From NCBI GenBank assembly GCA_030704615.1, contig CM060734.1, positions 31,682,001 to 31,746,000 of the forward strand: 64,000 nt of DNA. Reading direction: 5' to 3'. The notes below the pieces were generated by a model that was not told the DNA's origin, searched no databases, and worked only from the letters and a program-made list of their open reading frames with translations. This document shows, piece after piece, positions 37,673 through 49,569 of the stretch (within the stretch, counting starts at the first letter, position 1; each line of letters opens with the position of its first letter). This DNA comes from Takakia lepidozioides (taxonomy: Eukaryota > Plantae > Bryophyta). Both the position numbers and the translations under genes were made by a program.

Positions 37673-38047
37673 TACCTGGACACGTGGCGATGCGCGAATG
37701 GGCAGTAGAGGCGGTTGCGCGCCGCTCAAGGCAGGCCTCTCCAGGCAGTATATAAGGGCCTACCCCCCATTCCCAACCCACTTTTTCCCTTCTCTGTGAG
37801 TGCGGTTTTGGGGCTTCTTGGAGTATCAACTTCGGTGGCTAGGACTGAGCCGTGGGGTGGGGGGAAAAGTGGATTTGTGTGGGGGAGGAGTTTTTGCCTT
37901 TTTTTCCTGGGACTGCGGAGACAGTTTGCTTTGGGTACTATACCAATAGATGGTAAGGAAATTGGTCCGCTAGTATATAAGGTTATCAATAGTCTGGGTT
38001 TAGTTTTCCGATACGAAGCCGCGTCTATTCCGCAGAGTACTTTCATC

Positions 38048-39497
38048 ATGTCCGGAAACATTGCTTCGAACGCAGTGTCAGGGGGTTCTTTGGGAAGTGG
38101 GCGTAAAAGTAGGAAGCGTAAACATGCACATAAACGGGATAGTCAAGTCAACAAAAAAGACTATCCAAGCGCAGAGGCCGCGAAGGTGGTGAAGCAAGTA
38201 GTGCTGGATTATTTGAAGGACAATGACATAATGCGTTTGAATCTTTTGTATGTCCGACATAGGAATGAGAGGTTTCTTAGATTCCAGCACAATATGGAGA
38301 TGAGAATGAGGGAGGCTTTGGCCGGGGATGAATGGGAGGATGATAGGGAGAAGTTCCAGTTCACGAAATGGATGGAGGACCGAGCCCATGATGCCACATG
38401 GAATCTGAGGCAAACCATTGACACGTTTGTTCCGAGAACACCTGTAGCTGAAGGTCGCATGCCAACTTCGGAGGAGGAGTTGTTTGTGCTTGTAGATTGG
38501 TGGTCTGAAATGGCAAAGGCCCACGCCAAACGAAACCACTCCCAAGATAGGGTCATCGTCCGCGGATGCGGCATTGAACGTGAGATACATATCCACAAAT
38601 GCACAGGTACAACAACTTGACGCGCCCAAACATGGAGGGTATGGTACAATTCGGAGGGTTAGAATTGTTGGGGATCAATTCATTCCTTCATCCTGGGAGC
38701 TAGCAGGAAAAACGCCCAGAGAAACAAATCCTGAGCTTGCCAAAGTCCAACATAACAATGAGGCGTTGACTGTAAAGTTCCATCATTTCGGCATCATAAA
38801 GTATTTTACGTTGCATCCACGTCGAAATGAAGGTTACACACATTGGTGGAATGGGAGGACCATACGATCATGGTTGATTATTGACAGGAAATGAGAGAAT
38901 GATCGGGATAACAGGGAATTAATGGAACGACGGGGGACGGAGCAGGAAATGCAGGAGGTCAACTGACTGGTTCGATTCCGACAGAATCGCACCCAATTGG
39001 CATGGGCGCTTTTGCACATCATGCTCAACGTCCATAACCACCACCTCTTGCACAACGACATGTCTCCCGACAACATCTTGTTGCATTTTCCACAAGGGTC
39101 TGAAGATGTGTACATCGGGGTATGCGATTGGGGGATGGCCTCCACGACGGATGACCCAAAAACCACGTTGTACATTTTCGAGAGCAGAGACAAGATGATA
39201 AAGAATCTCGCACATAGATGGTGGATTGCACCTGAAATTGCAATTGTTCATAATGTAGCCAACAACCACTCAGATGACACACCTCATAGGCCCCCTCTAA
39301 CCGTGCCATTAGAGACCTTTGCAATTGGGAAGATAGCCCAGGCAATAAATGGGGGTAACACGTTCGATGCAAGCCTGTTCAATGATATGTCTACTGGAAC
39401 CTGTTTTGCTTCGGCTCTGGAAAACTTGTGTGTAAACACAGTACAAACTAGAAAATGTTGTGAAGCGTTTCATGACGGGGCTATTCAATTGGCCTGA
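38048..39497 (+). pseudogene. Intronless atypical protein kinase with an N-terminal extension
   Basis: HGGYGTI, LAGK, NEA, LHNDMSPDNILL, VCDWGMA, WIAPE; one frameshift near 38570 and two in-frame TGA; TATAAG at ~37751. Confidence 0.85.
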
Positions 39498-39699
39498 GCC
39501 CAAAAATTGCGGAGGATGGATAGAAACTTGTAGACATCTGGCTGTACACCATGTTTGAATAAATGTTGTTTTCAATTGTGTTTGTCTCGTACCATCATGT
39601 TTTAATGGTTTGTTACTTGGCCATGGCACCTGGGTCCATCATATGGGATAATCAAGCACCACACCCACGAATCTTGAAGAGTGACAGTGTACACCGAGT

Positions 39700-41920
39700 C
39701 GATGGGTGAACCAATCGTTCCCCTGCCAAATGATTTTAGATTGATTTGAAACTTTGCGAGTGTCTTCTACATGCCCTCTTTAAGTTACCGGACAAGTATG
39801 AGATCAATCTAAAATGGTTCTAAGGGTGAACCAATAGTTCCCATATTAAATGATTCATGATTGAAAATTGGTTGAAAGGTTTAACGAGTCATTCGGGGGG
39901 CAAATGATTTTTTCTTCGCTTGCAATTTTGTGTATGTGATTTTACGTACTTAAGCACATGTGGACCAAAGTTGAACTTCAACAAAGTTGTTTGAATGGGT
40001 TATTCAAATTCATAACGGAGGTATGTGTCGTACAGACGATAAACAACCTTTCGTCTGCACATGAATTGTTTTTAATTCCATTCTAAAGCCATATGCTTGA
40101 TATCAACATGAAGAGTCTGCATGCAAAATATCACCATGAACAGACATCGTCTGCATCCAAAACCATATTTTATTCCCTCAATTACACTCCAAGGTGAAGT
40201 TATCTTCAACTTCATGCACTCTTTATAGAGAGTTCTGCAATACTGAGCATAGAGCAAAGGATGAACGTTTTTTTTCAAACATTTTTCTTTGGTACATTTT
40301 TGCAAGGATGTGGTGGTGTGAGGGTTTAACTCACAGAACAAAATCAAGCCAAAAACAAAATCATTGCGCCCCACAAATCCACAATCATATACCCTCTAAA
40401 TCATTTTATCTGGTAAAAATCCAGTTCAATTCAAAATTGGATGAAAGGGTGAACAGAAACTTCCCCGATGAAATGATATTTTATTGCTCCGAAACTTTGC
40501 AAGTGTCTTCTACATGCCCTCTTACACGTCTTTAAGAAGTATGACATCAATCTAAATGGTTTAAAGGGTGAACCAATCGTCCCCCTACCAAATAATTTTA
40601 AATTGATTTGAAACTTTGCAAGTGTCTTGTACATGCCCTCTTACATGCCCTCTTACAGGTCTTTCACAAGTTTCAAGTCAATCTAAAATGGTTGAAAAGG
40701 TGAATCAATCATGAACATATCAAATGATTTTTGAGTGCTTTGAAGCTTTGCAAGCTTTCACATGCCATCTTAAAGGTACCGGTCAAGTATGAGGTTAGTA
40801 AAATATGGTTGAAAGGGTGAACCAATTGTTCCCCCATCAAATGATTTTACATTGCTTTGAAGCTTTGCAAGTGTCTGCCACATGCCCTCTTACAGGTACC
40901 GGATAAGTATAACGTGAATAAAAAATGATTGAAAGGGTGAACCAATCATTTCGTTATCAAATGATTTTATATTGCTTTGGATGTCATTGCTTTGGTAATT
41001 CTAGCCCCCTAATGGCCCATTCTAACCCTTGAATTACAATTCAAAATGCAATTCAAGCCCTTAAAATTGGTAATGCCAGTCCCTAACATGACCAACTCCG
41101 GCCGCCCCTCAAATTGTAATTTGAGCCCTTGAAATTGTCAATTCCAACCCCTCAAATTGTAAATCAAGCCCCTGGAATATAATTCCAACCCCTCAAATTG
41201 CAATTGTAGCCTGTGAAATGGCAATTGCTAGTCCAGCCCCTGAAATTGGCTATGGGTGAACCAATCATTCCTCTGCCAAATGATTTTGGATTGATTTGAA
41301 ACTTTGCGAGTGTCTATTGGATGATTCATGATTAATCGTTAACGGTTGATTTTATATTACACTGGGACCTATCAGAGGGTACATTGAACACACTGGCCAA
41401 GCCTCAAAGTGAACGAAAATCATTTGGATGGGCATTTGTTTTCGCTCATGTTTCCGTTGAATGTTGCAGGATTTTTTTTTCGCAATGAACAAAAACTAGA
41501 TGACAACTGGATGCCTCATTGGCCCATCGAACGAATTTCGATTGATCTTATATTACACTGGGACCTATCACAGGGTACATTGAACACACTGGCCAAGTCT
41601 CAAAGCGAACGAAAATCATTTGGATGGGCAACCATTCGTTGGCCCATTGAATGAATTTCGATTGATCTCATATTACTCAAGGGCCTCTTACATGGTACAT
41701 TGAACGTACTGGCCAAGTCTCAAAGCGAACCAAAATCATTTCGATGGCCAACCATCCGGTCTAATGAATTTCGATTGATCTCATATTAGTCCGGGACCTG
41801 TGAGAGGGTGTCTCAAACGTACTGGAAAAACTTGGAAGCAAACAAAAATGATTTGGACGGGCAACCATCCGTTCACCCGTTGAATGTATTCCGTTGGATC
41901 TATTATTACTTTGGGACTTG
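39700..41920. repeat. ~120 bp satellite-like repeat, direct copies followed by inverted copies
   Basis: GGGTGAACCAATC...AAATGATTTT...GAAACTTTGC units near 39704, 39824, 40447, 40566, 40698, 40814, 40934 and 41254; reverse-complement units 41340-41920; ~21 bp AACCCCTCAAATTG repeats 41000-41250. Confidence 0.85.
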
Positions 41921-42007
41921 TTGGACTGCGTTTCGCGTGCTCAAGTTTTTTTTTTTTCATTCCGTTTTTGAATGGGGCGTGTAATGACTCATGTGAACCT
42001 TTCGCAG

Positions 42008-42379
42008 ACAGAAGGGGGCATCGCCACTGTCAAATGTATTTGGGATGAGGGGACTACCTATACGGTTCACAATCCACAGTCCAACTAGGGATGTTGCGAT
42101 TGTCGTCATGCCCGCAAAGGTAATATGTGTGCGCATCTGGTGAAGGTGTTGCAAATGTTGCACCCCAACTTAGAAGATGGCACCATAGTCAAATTTTGTG
42201 GAAGCCTTATTTCGAGCAGTAGAGGGGGCCTTCATAGCTTGTTTGCACCACCTCAATCACCAGCTGACATGCCTTCCAAAGCACCTATGCGTCCTACCCA
42301 AAACGCATCACCATTTTCCGCCCAGAAAAGTCCAGGACTGGAATTACTACCATTAATATCCAATGAGTTCGAGCGATGA
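42008..42379 (+). pseudogene. SWIM zinc-finger fragment
   Basis: CDCRHARKGNMCAHLVKV (42095-42148). Confidence 0.7.
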
Positions 42380-42399
42380 CAAGACATAATAGGGTCTTG

Positions 42400-42580
42400 C
42401 GTGCGACCACCAGTAGCGGCGGTCGCAACTGTTTAAGAAAAGAAAAAAATGCGACCACCCCTGTTGGTGGTCATATCTATTTTTAAAAAACAAAAATGAT
42501 GCGACCACCCCTTTGTTGGTGGTCGCAACTATTAAAAAATAAGAAAAATTCTGCGACCACCAACATTTGGAGGTCGCTCC
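42400..42580. repeat. Right subterminal palindrome array
   Basis: Four TGCGACCACC...GGTCGCA units matching 37335-37672. Confidence 0.9.
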
Positions 42581-42892
42581 AATTTAACAATAATTATTTT
42601 AAAATGACCTCAAATACTGGCGGATGGAGTAATTTATAAAACAATTTCACTTGCCAAGGTGTCGCTTAGAATACAACGTGTCCACCTATGTGGCATATTT
42701 TTCACCTAACTCATGTTTTACTGATTTTTAGGCAAAACTGACATGACGTTGGTCGCGTCAGCGTCAGGTCCGACGTGACGTGACGTCACTGATGTGTGCA
42801 ACCCTGACTAGGAGAATGTATTGAATGATTCTAAAAGATGTAGAAATGCCAAGACTCTCTCATGCAAAATTTCTCAAATAGTAAGAATATAT

Positions 42893-43432
42893 TGTGGACC
42901 TGGGATTCCTTCTCACCTTATTTCTCGACATGGATGGATGGAGGAGGGATGCGCTCCGGATGATTTAAGGGATGGACGAAGTCCGGATGAAAGCTGGATG
43001 AACTTACACCTTGCGCATGAGGACGAGCTGGCAAACAGCCGATGGCTTTATTAGGGGCTGTCTTATTCTAACAGCTAGTTTAGGATCAGATTAGGATGAG
43101 ACTAGGTGATCTGGCTTCTTTCTATGGCTATGCTGGAAGGACATCTGGTGGACCTATGTGTAAGTGCCACATGGCACTAAGATTAGATTATGACCTAATG
43201 CTATTTAAGCCTCACTGCCGTGGCAGTGAGGGTGGTGGCTTCTGAGTCTTACGCAAGCGTACGTTGGGCGTAACGGTGTGTCTAAGTGGTTGGATGAAAG
43301 TGTTGGAGGTCAGGGTCTGTGATGTCCTCTTAGAAAGATTCCGTCTTCTCTGCCAGGCCCTTCTACTGGCTACATTCCCCAGATAGGGTCAAGTCCGGTA
43401 GGAAGGGGAACAAACCCATAGCGCCGGAATCA
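42893..43432 (+). repeat. Probable 5' LTR of a third gypsy element
   Basis: TGTGGACC...AATCA directly before a PBS; 5' boundary inferred. Confidence 0.6.
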
Positions 43433-43450
43433 TGGTGGAGATGCGGGGTA
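43433..43450 (+). promoter_or_regulatory. Primer-binding site complementary to tRNA-Ala
   Basis: TGGTGGAGATGCGGGGTA, the complement of ...ACCCCGCATCTCCACCA. Confidence 0.85.
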
Positions 43451-43570
43451 ACTAAAGTCGTTGACAGAGGATTTAGTGAGTATGGAGCATCTGAGAACAG
43501 TAAATTGGGTACGGGGATTATGCATGATTGCAGGGAGAGGGGTGGCAAAATGGCGGCTGTTGTCTCGCAC

Positions 43571-43572
<2 letters not shown>

Positions 43573-43612
<40 letters not shown>
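43573..43612 (+). repeat. (AG)20 microsatellite in the element leader
   Basis: Read directly from the sequence. Confidence 0.95.
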
Positions 43613-43617
<5 letters not shown>

Positions 43618-43662
43618 CTGCTCGTGTTTTCTTGTGTTTTGAGAGTTCGGCAAACAAGCGCG

Positions 43663-44582
43663 ATGGCTTCCAGTTCTGAACGTGGTTGGTTTGAACTTGA
43701 TCAAGTTCAGGTCCCGCACTTGAAGCAGACTCTGGCGTTGGAATCTCGCTACATTGCGAGCTTGCGCGCAACCTGTTGCCGGAGCAGTTGGTTTTTGTTG
43801 ATTACCCGGAAGGAGAACCTCTTCCGCGCCCTGAGCTCCTGTTGGACACACCCTCGGAGTTCTGGGCCAAAACATTTGAGGAAACTGCGCGCAAGGAAGC
43901 CTGCAAGCCCATACGCACCAAAGCAGAGCAGCGGGAGCAAAGCAGACGCATTCGTGAATCGCTTCAGGGGGCCTATGCTGCACGCCTGCTCCTCAAACTT
44001 CACTCCAAGGAAGTCACTCTACAAATCCCCCTTGCTAGTGCCAAGGAACAGCTGGAGGCTGGTGAAAAGCTTAGCTGGGCTGTCTTGGGCATCCCACAAT
44101 TCTCTGTGAGTCGAGAATTGGGTGTGGAGCTTGAGAGCTTCCTACCTCCTGACAAGCCGAGCCCTCTACGCTTGTGGGAACTGGTAAAGGGAGGAACATC
44201 TATCCTGCTTGCTAATTTAAGACCTCGAGTTTCGCCAGCCCCGACCCGGGATCCCACTTGGGAAGAGCTCATTACGGATATCCTTGACTCTGAATTTCCT
44301 TTTTGTCCTAGTGATGTGTTGATCTTTCCGGGGGTGTGTTTTTCGCGTGAAACGGTAGGTCTCTACAAGGCCGAGGAAGCTCGAACCTATCATGCACACA
44401 CGCTGTTGGTGAAAGAGAAGGTGGTGCGCAGCATTGTGCGAGTGGCTTTTTGGCTCAAGGGAGAAGAAGAACTGTGGGCATTCTTGGGCGAAGGAGTGTA
44501 CATGCTGCACAAGCACCGCTTCATCACCTCCCATTGTGTGTCTGGGTGGAACTCGCAGCTTAGTGCTCCTTCGGACAGGTAG
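43663..44582 (+). pseudogene. Extra ORF upstream of gag, unknown function
   Basis: MASSSERGWF... joined by a probable frameshift near 43775 to the 268 aa frame; lies between PBS and gag. Confidence 0.55.
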
Positions 44583-44600
44583 CCGTGTCCTTCTCTTCTC

Positions 44601-45805
44601 ATGCCTGTATTTACAAGATCTATGCTAGAAAGGGAAGCAGAAGAAACAATGGGACTAAGTGAGTTGGAAAAACGTGCAGCGGAGGAGAGAGAAGAGACAA
44701 CAACTAATGAAAAGAATAATATGGAAATGGGAGAGTCGTCCGGAGATCACAAAGACCCGGCGACTGTGCCTCAGCCCACATTTGATTTGGACGAGCTGTG
44801 TGAAGCCATGGGGGTTATTTCAAATTGCCCCCCCCTCCCTTTGATGATGTTGCTGAAACAATCTGAGGCTCCGGACACTACTCCACAAAAATCTGATCAC
44901 GGAGAACGAATGCATAAGCAGCAATATCCTGAGTACAACATAGGGGAGGATTTTGAGACCTTCTTGGAATTTTTTGAAATCAGCACTGAAATGAATGGGG
45001 TTCCTCCACGATTCCAAGTCAAGTCCTTTCGGATCTGTCTCAAGGGAGAGGCCAAGCAACTATTTGAGTCCAACATTAAGGACAAAACTGATCTTACGTG
45101 GGTCGAGGCTAGAGAGTTGGCTCGCAAGCTCTTTCGTGAAGAAAAGCCTATAGCTTACACCACACCAGACTAAAAATTTCACTATGGCGACAGTGTGTGG
45201 AAATACTACACCGATTTACAAACTGCAATTTGTAAGTCGGTTTTGGTTACATCAGAAAGACCTGCTATTTTGAAACATTGTTTTGTAAAAGGCTTGCCAC
45301 CTGCTGAGAAAATATTTTTGCAAAAACAGTCTTACACCACTGAAGATGAGATGGTGGAATTGATTGAAGAACGATTACGTCTCAAAGCTGCTAAGGCAGG
45401 CCTGTCTAAAGTCGCCTCTACGACACACACTCATCTCGCTAGTGAAAGTCACTGTGTAGAGCCTACTGATGGGGCCCTGGGGTGAAAGGTATTGCAGCAG
45501 ATCTGGTCCCTTCCATTGTGCATGAATTGTCATCATTTCGTAATGAAATCCAGGGAGAGCTGCAAGCTTTCAAGGCTGAGGTAGGCTGGAACCCTGCAGT
45601 CCCTGCCAAATCCGGGACTCAAAGTAAAGTCTATGCTGGCATGCATCATGACACCAGGACCTTTGTGGTGGCTTGCATGATTTGCAAGTCCATCAAGCAT
45701 TACACCAGGTGGTGCCCTTACCAGTCTGACTTGCCTGCCCTAATTAAACAGTTACAAAGGGATAAGAAACAACATGGTACTTTAAACGAATCCGGTCGTC
45801 TGTGA
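44601..45805 (+). pseudogene. gag
   Basis: MPVFTRS..., DFETFLEFFE...CLKGEAKQLF, FVKGLP, CMICKSIKHYTRWC. Confidence 0.8.
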
Positions 45806-45830
45806 GGGTGCCAGATGACCATGGTAAGAA

Positions 45831-46376
45831 CATCAGTTATGGTAACCACAAGGCCATGAGTAGAGCCAATCTTTAATCCAAGAATGCGAACTGTGCTAAG
45901 TGGAATGGCAGACATGGTACAACCCGTATCAATAACACATGGAAAGGAAAGGTGGCCTATATGGCATTGTGTCATCAACGGATGAATACGGTCCCGACTG
46001 ACACGTTTATAGGCTTCACAATGCATGTGAGTTTGAAATCACGAGAAAGAACAGCACTCACCAGCGTGTTGGTGGCACGGCTTATGAACCTATCGGGTTA
46101 GTCACCTTACCTATCTGCATTAGTGGGAAAACTGTCTTGCTAACCTGCATTGTCACTATGGGTGAGCAAGTTTTGCTGGGTTTGGATTGGATGAAGGATG
46201 CAGAGGCCAGCATATACATCATGAATAACATTATGTGTCTTCACAATGGTGAAAGGCAACCCTACAAGGTGAATCTAAACCATGTTACCATTGCTACTGG
46301 GACATCTATGGCCAATTATTCTAGTCTCAAGCTTCAAGCTGAGCAGATGAAGGAGCAGGGGGGTTTTGCATTATAA
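45831..46376 (+). pseudogene. Aspartic protease with its N-half inverted (45831-46074)
   Basis: CVIDTGCTMSAI reads on the minus strand, GTAYEPIG...VLLGLDWM on the plus strand. Confidence 0.8.
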
Positions 46377-47789
46377 TTGGGCCAGGTTCAGCCAGTTCCA
46401 CCCAATTGGTGCTACCTTGTTGTTGCTCGAAGTCGCGGATATGGCGGAACCATAAATGGTCTTCAACTTTGTGGCGGGACTGGCCCCATGGGCCAGGCGG
46501 AAGTTGGAGGAGAAGCCACCAAAGTCTTTGAACGAGGCAATTGAAAGGGCTGAATGTTTCTCGGATGTCCCTAGGGGCGAAAGACAAGGCCGTACGGAGC
46601 TAAACCACAAGAAGACCCGGTGGGAGGGTGACTCCTTCCGACCGGAAAAGAAGTGGGATAGACCACGCGGCGACAATGACACATGGAAATCGAAGGGAGG
46701 GCCTTCACACGTCAAGGCAGCACCCGGTGCTCCGAAAGGAACATCAGGTGGAGCGGCTTATGGCGGACAGAAGACGACCTTCGATGGAGTGTGCTTTAAT
46801 TGCAGGGAGCCCAAGCATATGGCCAAAAAGTGCGCAAAACCCCGACAATTGAACATGACTCGAGCGACCACAGAGCTGTCCGAAGATTTCATCAGCCGCT
46901 TGGTGGAGGCGGTGGCACTACAATACAAGCTGGGCTTTTCGACTTTGCATTTTGACTCATTTTTTAGTCATTTGCGACATTTTTACTCCCAGCCTCCATA
47001 GTCGAACATGCGTGACAAAGGTCAAGTCGTTTCAGTCAAGCAGTCGAATCCAGATGCTAGGTTCTGACAGTGAAATGTGACAGTAAAACCTAGGGGGTGA
47101 CGTGTAGGCAGCACAGTATGACGTGGATGCGATGTGGCTATGACGTGGCTATGACGTGTAATAAAGTGGTTTAACTGAAGTGGAACATATTGACTATGTT
47201 CCATGATGTTTAGTATGCGGTTTGACTGAAAATCAGTGATAGTGAGTTTGCTTGACTTTGTATATTGTAATATTCTACTGTGAAGCAGTAAAAGAGGACA
47301 CATTTTAGTAAATATGTTTCAATCTGGAGGTGTATATACATATATATATGAATTGGGAGGCTTTTTATTTAATATTTGGTTTTTTTTTGGTTTATTACTG
47401 TTATTTCGTTTTTTTCATTTACTTTTAGTTTATATCTGTACGTATGTTAGTGGATATTGTATTTAAATTTTTTGATTTGCTGCACTGCATTGAAAATATA
47501 TTACAAATACAACAAAACATAGAATACAAATACAGGTCGGAACTAAAAACATTTGGATGGCTCAAAACTGGTTTTATATCAAGAGTGATTTGCAAAACAA
47601 GTTTTGGCCACATTCTACAAATGACCAACATGAGGGCCATGTTGCCATATCCATAGATCACTGCCCAACTGAAGTCATTGAGTAAGGATAATCTGCTGTG
47701 CAGCTAGGTCCAGCACTATCGTGGACATGTCAAGAGAACATTAGATATCATTTTGAGAATGAATTCAGGTAGTTCCAGAGAATGGTGGT

Positions 47790-49465
47790 GCCAGCTACCT
47801 TGTCACCCAAAGTGACATCCACTTCCAGGGCTGCCTTGAAATACATATCCACCAAGGCAGTGTTTAGAGTGACAACTCCAGCTTTGACGATGTCATCATG
47901 GACCTTTGTGCCCTTTTGATGGCTGCCAGGCTCACATTTGACGTAGATGTACACCAGGGGAATGTTCAGAATGACATCTGGTACAATTCCAGCTTGGATA
48001 ATGTCACCATAAACCTCTTTGCCCCTTCCCAGGGCTGCTAGGCTCGCATATGCATATTACAAAAACAAATGAACATGACGGCCTGGTCTGGCTTCATCCC
48101 TTCCCACATCATTTGCTCTTATGTTTCCAAAGCCTTAATCCCATACCCATGCTGCACATACCTTGCAATCATGGCACTCCAAAATACCACAAACTCGTTC
48201 AGCCATATTGTCAAACTCTCCCTTCACATCAGGCTTGCTGCACCCACATTTGGCATACATGTCCACCAAGGCAGAGTTCAGAATGACAATTTCCCCTTTA
48301 ACGATCGGCATAAGCAAGGGGAAGGAGACAGCAGAGCTGCTGCTCTCTCCTAGCGCCAAAAAAACCAAAAGAAAAAAAATGGAGGGGCTGAGAGAGCCGC
48401 CATGGCTGTGAAGTACCAGTATGCTGCAACGTGATGTGGTTGGGCTTCACCCCTTCCCCCATCAATATTTGATCATAGGTCTCCAAAGCCTCCATACCAT
48501 GTCCCTGCTGTGCATACCCTGCAAGCATCACCCATTCACAATCTCCAAAGCCTCCCTGCCAACCCAGTATATAAACAGAGTACACATTATAAGTTCTTGC
48601 TTTACATCCTCAATGCACCCACATTGGGCATACATGTCCACCAGGGCAGAGTTCAGAATGACATCTGGTACAATTCCAGCTTTGACAATGTCAACATAGA
48701 CCTCTTTGACCTTTTCCAGCCAGGCTTACATAAGCATTGCAATCACACAAAAACGTGATGTGGTTGGGGCTTCACCCCTTCCCCCATCATTTGATCATAG
48801 GTCTCGAAATCCACCATCCCACGCCCTGCTCTGCATACCCTGCGATGCTTGTGAGTGTGTACCTGCTTTCCAGCTTCCAGACCTTTTTGGCGTGAATCCA
48901 CATCATTTGTTGGCACTAGGAAAGGGTTGAGACTGAGCTGCTCAACTACTCCCTGGTCTTACATAGTGGGTTTACATAGTGTGCCAAGCACAACATCTGG
49001 AGCCAAAGCCTCCATCCAGTGCCCCTGCTGTGCATACCCTGCAAGCATCGAGTTCTACGACAGCCTCTTTGCCCTTTTCCAGGGCTGCCAGGCTTGCACA
49101 CGCACTGCAACCGCACACAAACCTGATCAGCCCAAAACCAATGGCCAGCCTCTCACTGTGGTGGCAAAGAGAAAATTCCTTTTCCTCCTCCCCCACATCA
49201 TGCAATACAAAGCACATATCAGACACATACCCCGCCTCCTTTCATCTGCCCAGACAATCTTCTCAGCTCAGCATGGATTTCCTTAATTGGGATGTCATCT
49301 ACAGCAAGGTGTGCACCCTGTTGCCAACCCCAATGCAGCAGCGACCTGGCTGCTTTCTAACCCCTCTGACCTTCATCATTCTACTCACCTTTGCAGTATC
49401 ATCCCACCTGCCAGCTGCAGCATACATGTTTGATACCAACACATAAGTCACGGCATCCGGACTGC
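47790..49465 (-). pseudogene. Scrambled PLS-PPR, E/E+ and partial DYW fragments
   Basis: LNSALVDMYAKCG; TYVLVSNMYAAAGRWDD...KQPG; [36 protein letters not shown]. Confidence 0.85.
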
Positions 49466-49569
49466 TGCTAGCACCTGACAATGACAGCCTAGATTTGTTC
49501 AACACCTAACTCAACTTATCACACTAGTTCCTATGGTCAATTGCATCTGCTACTCTTTGTAATCCAACA

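Larger units (their letters stand above)
37094..42806. mobile_element. DNA transposon with short TIRs and 8 bp TSD (hAT-like ends), no intact transposase
   Basis: Ends CATAGTTGCA...TGCAACCCTG; TSD ACTATGAG (37086-37093) / ACTAGGAG (42807-42814); matching TGACGT-rich and palindromic subterminal arrays at both ends. Confidence 0.8.

Noticed and set aside
43433-43450. tRNA-Ala-like sequence
   Set aside because: Only an 18 nt complement next to an LTR: a PBS, not a tRNA gene
47790-49465. Functional PPR-DYW editing factor
   Set aside because: Motifs are out of order, frameshifted and truncated before the CxxC/DYW end
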